From positions 29,388,001 to 29,452,000 of the forward strand of contig OY740794.1 in assembly GCA_963514005.1 (NCBI GenBank): a stretch of DNA of 64,000 nt, written 5' to 3'. The stretch comes from Raja brachyura (taxonomy: Eukaryota). The notes under the pieces were generated by a model. The model worked only from the letters and a program-made list of their open reading frames with translations. It made no database searches and had not been told where the DNA came from. Of this stretch, positions 25,816-39,700 are shown piece after piece. The position numbers and the translations under genes were made by a program. How positions within the stretch are numbered: the stretch's first letter is position 1; each line of letters opens with the position of its first letter.

Positions 25816-27121
25816 TTTTAAGATTTTATTCCTGCTCTAATTTGATCTACTAGTGGGACTTTAACAGTCCGTCACGTAAGAACACAAGTTAACCCTAACC
25901 CCAAACCAGCTAACACCCAGATTTTTAACAAAGGACGACTTAATACACACTAACCCCAAAGATACTTGTAATGTGTATGTCAGCAATTTTAAAACCACTT
26001 TAAAGATTAAATAACATGACACGCCTTCCTTCCCATGGAATAAATGCTGCTGTTTTATTTCGGTAGTCCCTCGTTATCAACGTTGATTTGCTTCTGCTCC
26101 AGTTCTGAACAGTAGATGATTGAGTGTCATTGTATGATTAATGTGAGCTGGTCATTGTACATCATGTAGCACAAAACAGTACAGTACAGGACCTTCAGGC
26201 CTACAATGTCCATGCCGAACATGATGCCAAATTTAACTAATTTCTTGTGCCTACATGAGATCTTATCCTTCCATTTTTCCCCACATGTCTTTTAAACTCT
26301 ATTATCATATTTAACTCCACCACCATCCCCAACAGCTGTTCTAGGCACCACCACTCTGTGTAAAACAACGTACCCCACACATCTCCTTTAAACTATCCCC
26401 CTCTAAACTTAAAGCTATGCCTCTAGTCTTTGATATGTCCACCCTGAGAAAAATATTCTGATTGACTACTCGATCTAAGCCCCTCATAATTTTATATATT
26501 TATATCAACTATTCCCATAGCTCCAATGTTGTAGAGAAAAAAAAGTCTGACCTCTCCTTATAGCTAACACCCTCTAATCCAAGCAGCATCCAGGTGAGTG
26601 TGTTATGCATCCTTTAAAGCCTCCTTCCTGTAAAGAGGTGACTAGAACTACTCACAAAGATACTTGTAATGTGTATGTCTGTAAATTTAAAACCACTTTA
26701 AGAGATGAAGTGACATGACATAAACTGCAAGAATAACACCAGCTAGCAAGTGGATTTGATAGTGCGAGCAGGTGACCCAGGTGCTCTGCCAGCAGGTTGG
26801 TGGGTCCAGGTGTTGCCATTTCTGGTCAAATGGGCTGGATTTATCAAGGAACAAATTTTACTTAGTATATTTTACTTAGCTGCTGGAGTCACAAAATTTT
26901 TAATGGCTCAAAGCTTTCCTCAACTTCAGTAGAAGTGTCCCCTGCATTAGTTTTAAACTCACGGAGCCTAAATGCAAATGTACTATGTTGAACCGATTTT
27001 GTTCTTAAATTTTGCATGCCCATCTACCAGATGTACCTGTTCCTTCTCTCTATATTAGGACAATGAATCATTGTGGGATGATCTTATAGAGGTATACAAA
27101 ATCATGACGAAAATAGACTGG

Positions 27122-27547
27122 AAAGAATAAGACTTGCCCTTTCAGGCAAGTTAGACCAATTTAATGTGATTTGGTCTCCATTCCTTGAATATCTTAAGGG
27201 ATCAATATGACTCGGTTTGCAGACTTGATCGAGACCTGAACGAAGGATTAGACGAAGAATAATACATTATTGATCACGGATATATTATTATATAAATACT
27301 GTTTGTATAATATACCACTGTCATTTTATTTACTTTTTTCTTTTGGCTATTTTATAACTATCTTTATGTTAATCATTTTTCACATTTTCCTACTTTTCAC
27401 TATAAAAAAACTAAAATAAAATGTTTAGAAGTATATATAAGAAAACATGGTAATTATTACCTATCTCTTTATCAAGAACGTTGTTTTGATAGGTACTTAT
27501 ACTTGTACTTATACCTGTACTTATACTTCTAATAAAAAATATTCAAC
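27122..27547 (+). mobile_element. 5'-truncated L1-clade insertion nested in a CR1 fragment
   Basis: A perfect 15-bp TSD ACGAAAATAGACTGG lies at 27107-27121 and 27548-27562. The insert encodes LERIRLALSGKLDQFNVIWSPFLEYLKG and has AATAAA near its 3' end. The host CR1 spans about 27075-27905. Confidence 0.8.
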
Positions 27548-28280
27548 ACGAAAATAGACTGGGTAAATGCACAGAATCTTTTACGTAGGGTAGGGGAATC
27601 AACAAGGAATAAATGACATAAGGTTTAAGATGAGAGGGGAAAGATTTAATATTTAACAGGCAACTGTGGGAAACAGTTTTATACTGTGGGTAGTGGGCAT
27701 ATGGAAAGTACTTGCAGATTAAGTATTTGAAGCAGGTACAATAACAACATTTAAGAGCTATTTGGGCAGGGATGGATAGGTGCATGGATAGGAATGGTTT
27801 AGAGGGATACGGACCAAATGCAGACAAATAGAACTGGCGTAGATGGGGGCATCTTGGACAGCATGGACGTAGGCCCAGGACCTGTTGCCGTGCAGTATGA
27901 CTCTACATCTCTGTTGTGCGACATTCATAAATTATTTCAAGCTGCAACACCCCTGAAAATTAAAATGGGAAAAAAACCTGCAGATTATGAAAATCTTATA
28001 TTAAGCAGACAATGCTGGAAACACTCAGTAGGCCAGGAGAGAGAAACAATCAATGTTTCAGATTAAAGACCTTCATCAGAACTCAACTTTTCATCTGTCT
28101 CAATGAGATGGTCAATGTTCACTTGCTGAGAGAGCCACAACCAAGCATACTCAGCCTGGCTAGACCCACAGTTGGGCATTTGCTACACAGGAGGTAACAA
28201 CAGCAGGAAAATAGGACGGTCGTTCCCACGTTCCCCAACTCCCTCACTCCATCAGTTCGAGACCAGGCATATTCTCACTG

Positions 28281-29313
28281 TAGATAGACACAGAAAGCTG
28301 GAGTAACTCAGCGGGACAGGCAGCATCTCTGGAGAGAAGGAATGGGTGATGTTTCGGGTCNNNNNNNNNNNNNNNNNNNNNNNNNNNNNNNNNNNNNNNN
28401 NNNNNNNNNNNNNNNNNNNNNNNNNNNNNNNNNNNNNNNNNNNNNNNNNNNNNNNNNNNNNNNNNNNNNNNNNNNNNNNNNNNNNNNNNNNNNNNNNNNN
28501 NNNNNNNNNNNNNNNNNNNNNNNNNNNNNNNNNNNNNNNNNNNNNNNNNNNNNNNNNNNNNNNNNNNNNNNNNNNNNNNNNNNNNNNNNNNNNNNNNNNN
28601 NNNNNAAGTGAGCAAAATCAATATTCATACCATTGAGCCATAAGCTGCCCAAGCAAAATATGAGATGCTGTTCCTCCAATTTGCGTTTAGCCTCACTGTG
28701 ACAATGGAGGAGACCGAGGACAGAAAGGTCTGTGTAGGAATGGGAAGGAGAATTAAAGTATCCAGCAAACAGGAAATCAGGTTGGTTCACGTGGGCTTAG
28801 CGAAGGTGTTCCGCAAAACGATCGCCCAGTCTGCGTTTGGTCTCGCCGATGTATAGGAGTCCACATCTTGAACAACGGATGCAGCAGATGAGGTTGGGGG
28901 AGGTGCAAGTGAACCTCTGCCTAACCTGAAAGGACTGTCAGGGTCCCTGAACAGAGTCGAGGGAGGAGGGCTAGCGACAGGTGTTGCATCTTCTGCGGTT
29001 GCAGGGGAACGTACCTGGGGAAGGGGTAGTTTGGGTGGGAAGGGATGAGTTAACCAGGGAGTTGCGGAGGGAACGGTCTCTGCGGAAGGCAGAATGGGGT
29101 GGAGATGGGGAAATGTGACTAGTGGTGGGACCCCGTTGGAGGTGGCGGATATTTTGGAGGATTAGGTGTTTATCCCTGACCAGTCCGAAGAAGGGTCTCG
29201 ACCAGAAACGTCACCCATTCCTTCTCTCCAGACTTGCCGCCTATCCCGCTGAGTTACTCCAGCTTTTTGTGTCTATCTTCGGTTTAAACCAGCATCTGCA
29301 GTTCCTTCGTACA
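28281..29313 (-). mobile_element. Penelope-like element with inverted terminal pLTR and 13-bp TSD
   Basis: CATATTCTCACTG is duplicated at 28268-28280 and 29314-29326. The minus-strand peptide FNSPSHSYTDLSVLGLLHCHSEAKRKLEEQHLIFCLGSLWLNGMNIDF is a PLE GIY-YIG C-terminus. pLTRs occur in opposite orientation at the two ends. Confidence 0.88.
28361..28605. other. Assembly gap (245 N)
   Basis: A run of n characters inside the Penelope element. Confidence 1.
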
Positions 29314-31324
29314 CATATTCTCACTGGAATGGATTACGCGCTTTCTGGATATAGAAAGGTAAAAGGATTAGATAAAATCAGCTGTACAAAACTGTTTTAG
29401 CATAACACGACTTCTTTAATAAAAAAAGTCAGCCAAAACAGTATTTAAGGATGGAAGTTTTGTAGGGCTACAATTGATATACATGGTACTAGTGAGTTGA
29501 AAATAAAGTTAAATTTGTTTGAAAAATAAACACTTTGTTTAAAGTAAAATGTCTCCTTCACATTAGCAAGGGTCTGATTAGCAGGTAGGTTCTTGACCGG
29601 ATCTGGATGTGGTCCTTTCCTCCACACCTCCCTTCGAGCCCACTGCACTATTAATTTCCCAGCCGGGAATGGGAACACGTACTCATTTTCAGCCCTTTTG
29701 CTGACAGCTGACAGTCTCTAATCACGGGGAAGCCTCTTTTACAGCTTTGTCCAAGTCTCGGTGTCTGGGCTCACTGGTGAACTTTGTGCATTACAACTTG
29801 CATGCATGCACCTCTGACACACCTTGTTCTGCTTCCCTCAAAACCACAACTGGTTCACAAGAAACACAAGTCACACCAATCAGTTGTGTGCCCTGAATTG
29901 TACACTCCCAAGTAAAAACAGCCAAAGGAAAGTATGAACACAACATGAAATGAAGTGGAACACTCAGTCAGTTTAGCCTATGAAACAGACTTAGTCAACA
30001 AGCTGGCCTCAGGCTGAATAATCATCATTTTTCAGCCCAACCACCTGTCCCCATGAATCATTCTACTTCTTACACCCAGGATTACAAAAGCAAAACAAAA
30101 AAAATAAAAAATCCTTAAAGGTCAAACTCAGGGACTGCAAAGAATGTCGAGAATATATGAAAAGTTGGAATAAAAAAACATATTCATTGAAACAAATAGG
30201 GCAGCGAGATCTCCAAATGCTCCATGATGTCAAGGAACCAATCCTGTCAACTGCACTGTCCAACACACAGCATGACCCTCACGTAGACAGGCAGAGTAAG
30301 GGCTCCGAGGCTAAAAACACCAACCTGAAGGAACAAACTTGCACTAATAGAATGCCTTTTGCAAACTCAGGCTGTTCCTGTGTACTGTACTGCCAAAGTA
30401 ACACATGTTAAAGCAAAATCACAACTATTATTTTGGAAATACAGCAGCCAATTTGGGTATAACAATTCCCAAACACAGCAATGCCCATTGATCTTTTTAA
30501 AACACTGCTTGAAGAATAAATATAGGCCAAACAATATCATTTCATGATCAACATCTCAACAGGGTAAAATGGTGCCTCACATGAATGTTATCAATAGTTG
30601 AAATTGAGGGGTTGGAGGTAGATTATAAGCAATTGGCTAAAAGAAGTGCGCGATCGTGAGATTAGGCTAGGAACTCCAGTGCTTAGTGCTTCAAGGGCAT
30701 ACAGCACTGCTGCCTCTGGTAACTATTTAGATTCAGGGACTCTAGTGGCTGGAAGCATTTGTATAGGTGTAAAAGGGCAGGGAGGTGGACAAATTTGAAA
30801 TGTAATAATAGAATTTAACGATGCTCAGGACAATCTGCCCACTGGAAAGCCCAGAGACCTTTATTGGATGAAAGATGATCTGAAAAGAATATGCTGGAAA
30901 AATTCAAAGTTCTCAGGTCATGATAGTAAGAAGTGATGTTACAATGGCAATGCCACTTCCAACATAAATTTGGGAACCTATAAATGTGCGTATTACTAGT
31001 AATGCCACATCATGCACATTAACAACAGGGATTATTTCAGGATCTTTAATACTTGGCCATTCATTAAGTCAGCCAACTATGACTAATTCTACAGGTGTGA
31101 TAGTGCCCACGAATTGTCAAATATGTCAATTTTATCATGTCAGGTAAGTAAGTAAAATAAAATCTGAATGCAACAAGGCCATCTAACCCGATTTACAGGT
31201 TGTCACATAACCTGAAACTCTCAGATATTTCCTGCTTCTTCCTCCCTAATTCACAGCATCATATCATCTCAGTGATATATAAAATATTTAATCCCCATGT
31301 TATGTCTGGTATCAGTTGGTTTCA

Positions 31325-32645
31325 GACATAGCCATTGAGTCATACAGCATGGAAACAGGCCCTTCAGCCCAACTTTCCCATGCCAACCACGCCCCTTATA
31401 CATTATTCCCACCTGCCTGCATTTGGCCCATATCCCTCTAAATCATTCCTATTCATATACCTGTTCAAATGTCTTTTAAATGTTGTTATAGTAGTTACCT
31501 CAACTACCTCCGCTGGCAGCTCATTTCAAATACCCACCACCCTCAGTGTGAAAAAGTTGTCCTTCAGGTTCCCATTAACTCTTTCCCCTCTCATCATAAA
31601 CCCAAGTCCCCTGGTTCTTGATTCCCCTAGCCTGGATAATTCATCCTGTCTCTTCGTCTTGTGATCTTATACACCTCTAAAACATCACCCCTTAGGCTCA
31701 TGTGCCCCAAGGAATAAAGTTTTCCCAATCTCTTCTATTTGCTCTGCTCTCAAGTCCTTGCAACATCCTCGTAAACCTTTGCCGCATTCTTTAGAGCTAA
31801 ACAACATCCTTCCTATAGCCGGGTGACCAAAACTGAACACAATACTCCAAATGTGGCCTCACCAACAACTTGTACAACTGTAACATAACAGTTCACAGTC
31901 TGACATTCACAGTCTGAAGAATGGTCTCGACCTTAAATGTCACCTATTCATTTTCACCAGAGATGCTGTCTGACCCGCAGAGTTACACCAACTTTTTTGT
32001 GTCTATCTTCGGTTTAAGCCAGCATCTGCGGTTCCTTCCTACACATGTAACATAACATCCTATACTCAATACCCCGACTGATGAAAGCCAATGTGCCGAA
32101 AGCTTTCTTGACCACCGTATCTACCTGTGACGCCACTTTCAGGGAACTATGTACATGCACCTCTAAATTCTCTGCTCTCCAAAGCTCCCCAGGGGCCTGC
32201 CATTCACTGTGAAGGTCCTGCCTTGGTTTCATTTCCAAAAATGCAACATCTTGTACTTATCTGCATTAAACTCCATTAACCATTCCTCGGCCCACTTGCC
32301 TAACTGATCAAGCTGTAATTTTGATAACGATTATCACTATCTACAATACCACCTAATTTAGTGTCATCTGCAAACTTACCAATCATTCCTTCTACATTCA
32401 CACCCAATTCGTTGAGATAAACAACAAACAGCCATGGGTCCAATTCCTAAGGCACACCACTAATCACAGGCCTTCAGTTTGAAAAACAATCTTCCACCAT
32501 CACCCTCGGCATACTTCAATGAAGCCAATTCTCTATCCAGTTTTCAAGCTCTCCTTGATCCCATGTGATCTAACATTTCAGAGCAGTCTACCACACAGAA
32601 CCTTATCAAATGCCATGCTGAAGTCCATATAGACAGAGTGTACAG
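31325..32645 (-). mobile_element. CR1-type LINE, 3' ~1.3 kb, with a nested pLTR insertion (31891-32045, TSD TGTAACATAACA)
   Basis: It encodes VHSSLKVASQVDTVVKKAFGTLAFISRGIEY (CR1 ORF2) and has a CR1 3'UTR at 31325-31500. The TSD lies at 31879-31890 and 32046-32057. Confidence 0.85.
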
Positions 32646-33329
32646 CTTTGGGTGTGTAACTGTCATGAATCTCTTTTGAGCTTCATATGTTCACTGATGA
32701 AGAGTTCAGCATTTGGTTTTTCCAAAATATTTCAGATCCAGCCAACTGTAAGCATTTATTAACAAGTAATCACAGACTACCACATATCAGTACATGCATT
32801 GTGCAATTGGGAAACTATCAGCATCTTATCATAATGCTGGGCTTAACCCTACAGCACGTTTTCAGAACCTTGGGGGACATAGATCCATTAATGAGGCAAG
32901 CAAGTATACGAGCTGTTTGCCTGCAGTGCTGCAAAGAAACAAGGAACTTTGTGGGAAACGATATTTCAGTAATTACTCAAATGCACGTTTCATCAGAATA
33001 TGATTTTATTTGGAATAAGACACGCCTCCCACAATGATGTATCAAGGCTTTCTGAGAAATATTTAATTACTCGTGACTTTGATATCTTTAGTCACAAGAT
33101 CGGCAGCTCCATTAAAACATGTTATATATAAGTTGTTGGTCAGCACAGAGCATGGAGTTTTCAAATATTCAGTAACAATACTCAATTTCTGCAAGTAACC
33201 ATGTGAAAAAAAAAGGGTTGGGGAAAATGGTGCAAGATAAACCATAGGTGGTTCAGAGAAGTGTATGCAGTTATATACACTGGTCGGTCACATGCATCCC
33301 ATTAAATGAAGAACTGGACCTTAAAGGCA

Positions 33330-33795
33330 CATTGGGAGCATTGTGTGTAGTTCTGGTCATCCCATTGTAGAAAGGATGTGGAGGCTTTGACGAGGGTGCA
33401 GAAAAGGTTCACATGAATGCTGCCTCGTTTAAACAGTATTGGCTATGAGGAGAAATTGGACAAGCTTGGATTGTTTTCTCTAGAGCATCAGAGACTGAGG
33501 GGAGGCCTGACAGAGGTTTATAAAATTATCAGTGGCATAGATAGGTGAGAAAGAGAAGTTTAAAGGAAATGTGAGACACAAGTTTTTTTTGTTACAGAGT
33601 GTGGTAGCAGCCTGGAACTTGCTGACGAGGGAAAAGGTAGAAGCAGATGTGATAGTGATGTTTAGTAGGCTTTTAGACAGGCACATGAATATTCCCGTAT
33701 TGGAGGGATTCATGGATGGGATCAGTTGTATTTGGCATCATAGTCAGTACAATCATCATGAGCTGACGGGTCTGTTCTTGTCCTATGCTCTATGA
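33330..33795 (+). mobile_element. CR1-type LINE 3' fragment
   Basis: Peptide FFLLQSVVAAWNLLTREKVEADVIVMFSRLLDRHMN is a CR1 C-terminus. Similar ends occur at about 26165-26650 (-), 46480-47120, 47850-48360, 51810-51960, 58890-59240 and 59825-60100. Confidence 0.75.
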
Positions 33796-36700
33796 AGGCA
33801 TCATGCACTTTGTGCCATTTTGGAGTAGCCTTTTTCAACTGAGTCTTTTCTCAGTGATTGAATGAGCAACAATACAGGATTAAATTAAAAGTGACACTGT
33901 TCCACCCCGTCCTCCCTTGCCACCTGCACCAATCTGCCCAATGATCAACGACGGGAGTAGTCCCCAGGAGTGGAGTTAAGAGAAATACTATTGTGCAGGT
34001 TTGCTCAGAGCATGACAAGAGGACGGCTGTAACCAACCAGGCATTCCTGTACACATTCACGTTCACACCACATGCAACAAGAAAATCCACCCACCACAAT
34101 GCTTCATGAAGAAAACAACTTCTTCAAGAACTATAGCTTCTGAACAAAGATTTAGGGAGCAACGTTCAGAGGCCACAAAAGTCGATTCAGAGCACCATAG
34201 TTTAGTCTAGGTTTGCATGTCTAGTGCAGGTGTTACCTAGGCCAATATGGCTGAGGCATTTAACAAAATTTTATATACATTTTCACAAAAGATGACAAAA
34301 ATGTACCAGGAACAGGAGTTTAAACCAGTTGTTCCTAACCTTTCCTGAATGCAAGCCTCACTTGCTCATGCTCAAGGGTAATATATGCAGCTCCCATAAA
34401 CATCAAATATATCACCAGCCGCTGTTTTTAAGGAATTTGGGTCGCCCCAGGGATTCACGTAGACAGTCAACAGCGTTATGGCCAGGGACACTGGATTGCT
34501 AGGTATATCTATTCCTCAACTTTTACTTTATTTGTCAACTTTCTAACCAAATCACCTTGATTTTTAAAGCTGCACAGACCCTCTGCTGCCATCCCAACGC
34601 TTCGCCCTTCATCTCAAAATGGAAACTATAACTAAAGGGTTTACCCATGAATAAAATAAATGGCATATTGACAGTAGTCCAGAAAAAGCACCTGAGAAAT
34701 TCAGGAGACCAACATTTGAAAGTGCCCAAGCCTGGTGGGCGTACATCGCGGACACTACACCAGGACATGCAGAGGGAACAATGGATTCATGAGGATTATC
34801 CAAAATTCCCCAATTTTCTTAACAGGTCATGTGCAATTGAAAGTAGCAAATTTACCACCACAACTCAGAGGGGAGAGAAATAATATTCAACAGAGTTCGC
34901 ATGGTTTCAATAAAAGTGTTTGATAAATTAATTTTATTTGAGAATGTAAATCGCAAGATAAGAGGAGGACCCAGCAGATATATTACATCTTAATTTTCAA
35001 AATGCATGAAATTACATAGAAAGGCTTGTAATATGATACAAGTGGACTTCATCACCGAGCATGGATGATTGGTTAAAGAACAAAAAAAAGTGGGACCAAT
35101 CTGGTATTTTTCAAGTTGGCAGCCTATTCCTGTAGTGTGTCAATGATCAGTACTAGGCACAGGTTTTAGTGAAATATTCTGTGACATCAAGGTTGCCAAT
35201 GATACAAAACTGGGAGGGAGAATGAGCTTCGAGAAAGATGCAGATGCTGCAGAGGGATATAGGTCAAGTATATATACACACAAGAGAATGCGAAAGATAA
35301 TGTGAAACAGTGATAATGTGAAACAGCCTTTTTTTTTTAAATGGTGAGAAACAAAACAATTTGGGTGTGCTGGTTGTTGAAGTACAAAAGTATTGCCTCC
35401 ATACAGAAAGCAATTAGGAGGCAACTATAATCCATTTTTGCCTCAACTGTATGCAACTTGGAGGGGAACTTGTTGGAGGTTGCATCCTAATCTGCCTGGT
35501 GCCCTTGTGCTTCGTGATCATAGAGGATGCAGATTTGAAGGTGTTATTGGAGTATCCTGGGAAAATGACTGATTTTTTGTAGCAGGTACAGACTGAAGAG
35601 TCTTGGTATTAATGGTGGAGGGAACACATTTTAGAGTGGTAGATGGGGATCAAGAAATTGCAGAGAGTTGTAGATGTAGCCCAATGGATCACACAGACCA
35701 GGCATTACCTACTGTTCTGATTGGATAGCATGGAAAACAATGCTTTTCCCTGTACCTTGGTACACATGACAGTAATAAACCTAAACCTAAAAGCCAAACA
35801 CAAGTGGGCTGGTTTGTCTGCATGGTGTTGAGCTCAAGAGTTGCTGGAATTGTGCTCACCTGGCCAATGGGGAGAGATGCCCATTACACTCTTGATCTAC
35901 AGATTGTGGATGGCCATTAGGGATGTCGGGTGCAAATCACTTGCCAAAGCTTACCGAACACCCACAAATATTTATGTCACTAGTCCCATTGAGTTTCAGA
36001 TCAAAGGTGATCCCTATGAGACTGGTGGTGGTGGATACAGTGATTGTAATTCCATGGAACACATTTTGTCAAATGTGGCGACAACAAGCCCGTGGGGATG
36101 TGGAGGACTGCCATCTTGTCTCACTGTTGTAATTCAGTTCTCTGGTCTGTGTCTGGACCAAGGATGACAATGAGGCCTGGAACAGAGCAGCATTAGCAAA
36201 ACCAAAACTGTGCATCAGCAAGCAGGTTATTGGTAGGTAACTATCATCTATAGTAGGTATCACCTTGCTGATAACGAAGAGTGGACTGATAGGCAGGTAG
36301 TTAGCAGGATTCGATTTGTCCTGCTTTTTGTGAACAGGTCATAACTGGACAACATTTCACATTGTCGATAGATGCCAGTATTGTAACTGTATTGGAACAG
36401 ACTGACTGGGGCCATGAGCCGCTATTCAGTGCTACAGTCAGGATGTTGTCTGGTCCTCTCGCCTTTTTTGTATCCAGCGGTCTTAACTGCTTTTAAATAT
36501 CACAAGGGCACCAAAATAGAATGAATGGCAATTTAAAAAAAGGAAAGGTTTAATCTGACAAGTGTGCCAAAGTTTCACTCCCTAAAATAGCCTTCAAAGC
36601 AACCAAACTACTTGGTCAAGGATTTGGATAACAAACACAGCAACAATCATTGCAAATATATTTCAAAATCTAAAATATTATTTGGAACAATACTTGCTTT

Positions 36701-39700
36701 GTTATCTTTGTTGCTCTGTGGTATTGCTTTTAACTCTTCTAGGTCCAAGCAAGAATCGAAAGACCAGATTACAAAAGCCGATGGGTGACATTTTAATGCA
36801 TTACTATTGGGATTGGTTTATTGGAGGTAATATAGTATAGTACACAGTACCATCTACACTCCCTTTGGAAGCGTAGATACAGGCCCTTCGGCCCATTGTA
36901 TCTATGGTGATCATCATGATCTATAACAATCCCACGCCACCATCTATGCCTCGTACCTTCTATACCTTGCTCATTCAGAATCTGTCCAGATGCCCGTTTG
37001 TTTGTTGTTACTGTTCCTGATTCTACTTTACAAATGTCAAGTGCTTTGGAACATCCTGAAAGGGCTGCAGAGGGCAATTCATAAATGCAAGTTTCTTTAT
37101 TTTGCTTTCAGCAACTGGGCAAGATCTGAAATGTTGGGAGCCACGCCTCTCAAAACAAAAGTGCGACTGCACATACCAATTTCGCCAGAAAATGGTGTTT
37201 AAGATATTATTTTTCTCTATTTGCTTTGAGACGTGGATCACACAGAGAGAGGCCCCTCTGCTTTAACGTTCATCCCCAGAGCACTTACAAATGGAAAGTA
37301 CACTAAGTGATGTGGATCATACAGATATACAGCATTGAAACAGGCCCTTTGGCCCACTGTGTCTATGTTGACCAGCTTGCCTACCTAAATCTCACTTGCG
37401 TGTATTAATTCTATAACCTGTAAGGCCTTGCTCATTCAAGTACCTGTCCAGATGCCTCTGAAATGTCATTACCGTTCCTGCCTCTACCACCTCCTCTGGC
37501 TGTTCAGTCTAGATACCAACTACTCTTGATGATAATGTGGACAGTGGGAGAATAAATGGCAGATGGAACTTAACTTCCAGCCTTCCTGGTGCAATACACT
37601 GTGAACATGCACTGGATAGAAGGAAGTGATGAGCCTGTGATAGACTAGGCTGCATTCATTGCTCTCTGCAGGTTCGGGCAGTCAAGAGCATAGCAGTTGC
37701 CAAAGCAAGCTGAGATGCATTCCACCAGAATACTTTATATCCCGCATCTGTAGTAGTTCAAGAGAATCATTGTGGACATGTTGAATCTTCATAGGCGCCC
37801 AAGATAAAGCTGACCTGCTTTCTTGATCACTGCATCAATGTGAAGGGACAGGTTTGGTTGCTGGTGATGTGGATGCTGAGGACTTTGAAGCTGCTTACCA
37901 TCTCCATTGTAGTTGTTGATGAGGGCAGGTTTGTGTTCACCTCTTCCCACTTTCTTAGATGAACAAACAATTCTCTTATTTTGCTGCCCTTAATGGCCAG
38001 GAAGTTGTCCTGACTCCATGACACAGGTTTTGGATCTATTTCCTGTACTTTGTCTCATCATTGTTGTATATCCATCCGGCAACAGTGGTGAACACAAAGA
38101 TTGAATTGCCGTTATTCTTGGCCAAACCACCATGGGTGTACAGGGAGAGGAGCAAGGCACAGGGAACACAAATCTGAGGCTCATCAGTGTTGAGAAGGCG
38201 CTGACTATCTCTATTCAGTTCTTCCTTTGCTAAGTAAAAATAAATCTTGTTTCTCAGAATCCCTTCTAATAATGTTCCCACTACTGATGCAAGACTCTCT
38301 GATCTCTCGTAGGTTTAACTGTCACTCTTTTTCCCCATCATCTGTCCGCGGCACGGCATTGCCAGCTCCACCCCTCAATCCATTACAGTTCTGTCAAAAG
38401 CAAATTGAAAAATAACTTTATACAATTCAATTGTGACCAACAGGGACACTACTGAAGAAGGGTTGCTGCCTGATCCACTGAGTTAGTCCAGCACTTTGTG
38501 CCTTTCCAGGATCACTATAACTAGCCTTCTAAATGTACTTTATGGAAGGACCAGGGTTTTACCTAGTACTTGATTCACAACTACCATAAGTCCTGATAAC
38601 CTTTGCACTGCATTCCCATAAGGACTGTCAGAGACACTGGACAGGTGGGGAATTACTAACCCCCATAAATTACTTCCCTAGACTACGACAGTGCTTTGAT
38701 CAACATTAAAGAGCAGCAACATGCAGCCTAGGTGAGGGTTTAACTTTGTTCTCTTTAGCCTGATTGAACACTGCAATTAGGTAGAATACTCAACCTCTCT
38801 CAGCTGGTGATCAAAATAGTTTGTAATTGCCAATGTGTTGGAAATCCAGAGCACATCAGGAATCCAGGCCTCAACTGTTCAGTTAATTCCATGCAGTGGC
38901 TGAGCGAAGATCCATGCCTAATGCACAGAGTGTTTAAAAAGCACCAGTAAAATAGTGTTACTGACATTTCACCAACGTAATTATATGGCATCTTTGCTCT
39001 TGTCTATATATTTATTATATATTTCAGGACCAGGGTTTGCATCTGAAGATACTGATATATTATTTAAACTGATGAAGCAGTTTCTCCTAAAGTCTCCACA
39101 GTTTGGAAAGATCTCTCACTCGTTGCAGCTCCCTGCAGCCATTAGTTTCATAAAATAAAACAATCTGTCCAGTCACGAATGAATAAATCATATAATTTCT
39201 GGCCTAGGCTCTTTGTCAAGATAGACTGTTGCATATTTATGGATGCACTTGGAAATTAGAGGCATACAAGTTGTGGTCTCAGTCAGCTGGTTTGTGAGCC
39301 AAACCCTGAAGGTCTGCTGTGCTGAAGAACTTAATCTTAAGTGCTTCTACATAATATTTCCTTCATATTGCTTACTGATTTGAAGCACGCTTGTGTGTCC
39401 TTGCTCATATTCGTTACAAATCATTCCGAACAGAATTCTTACTTGGAGAAGCTTCCTAATGACAATACAAACCTTCCTCGATGCAACCCCTTCCTGATAA
39501 GTGCCCAGAAGAAGAATGCATTAGATCCTGCAGGCAATTTTTCCTTGCATATTTAATTCTTCCAATAATGGAAGAGTTTTGCAAAAATTCAAGAACAAAG
39601 TTGCAGATGAAAATTCACTTCATATTTATTATTTCAAATTTTCCATTTTGGTGTGACTTCCTTCACAATTCAAATTATTCAATAATTTAGCAATTCTGTT

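Noticed and set aside
28244-28790. ORFs spanning X runs
   Set aside because: They are artefacts of the N gap. Only the PLE endonuclease remnant is real.
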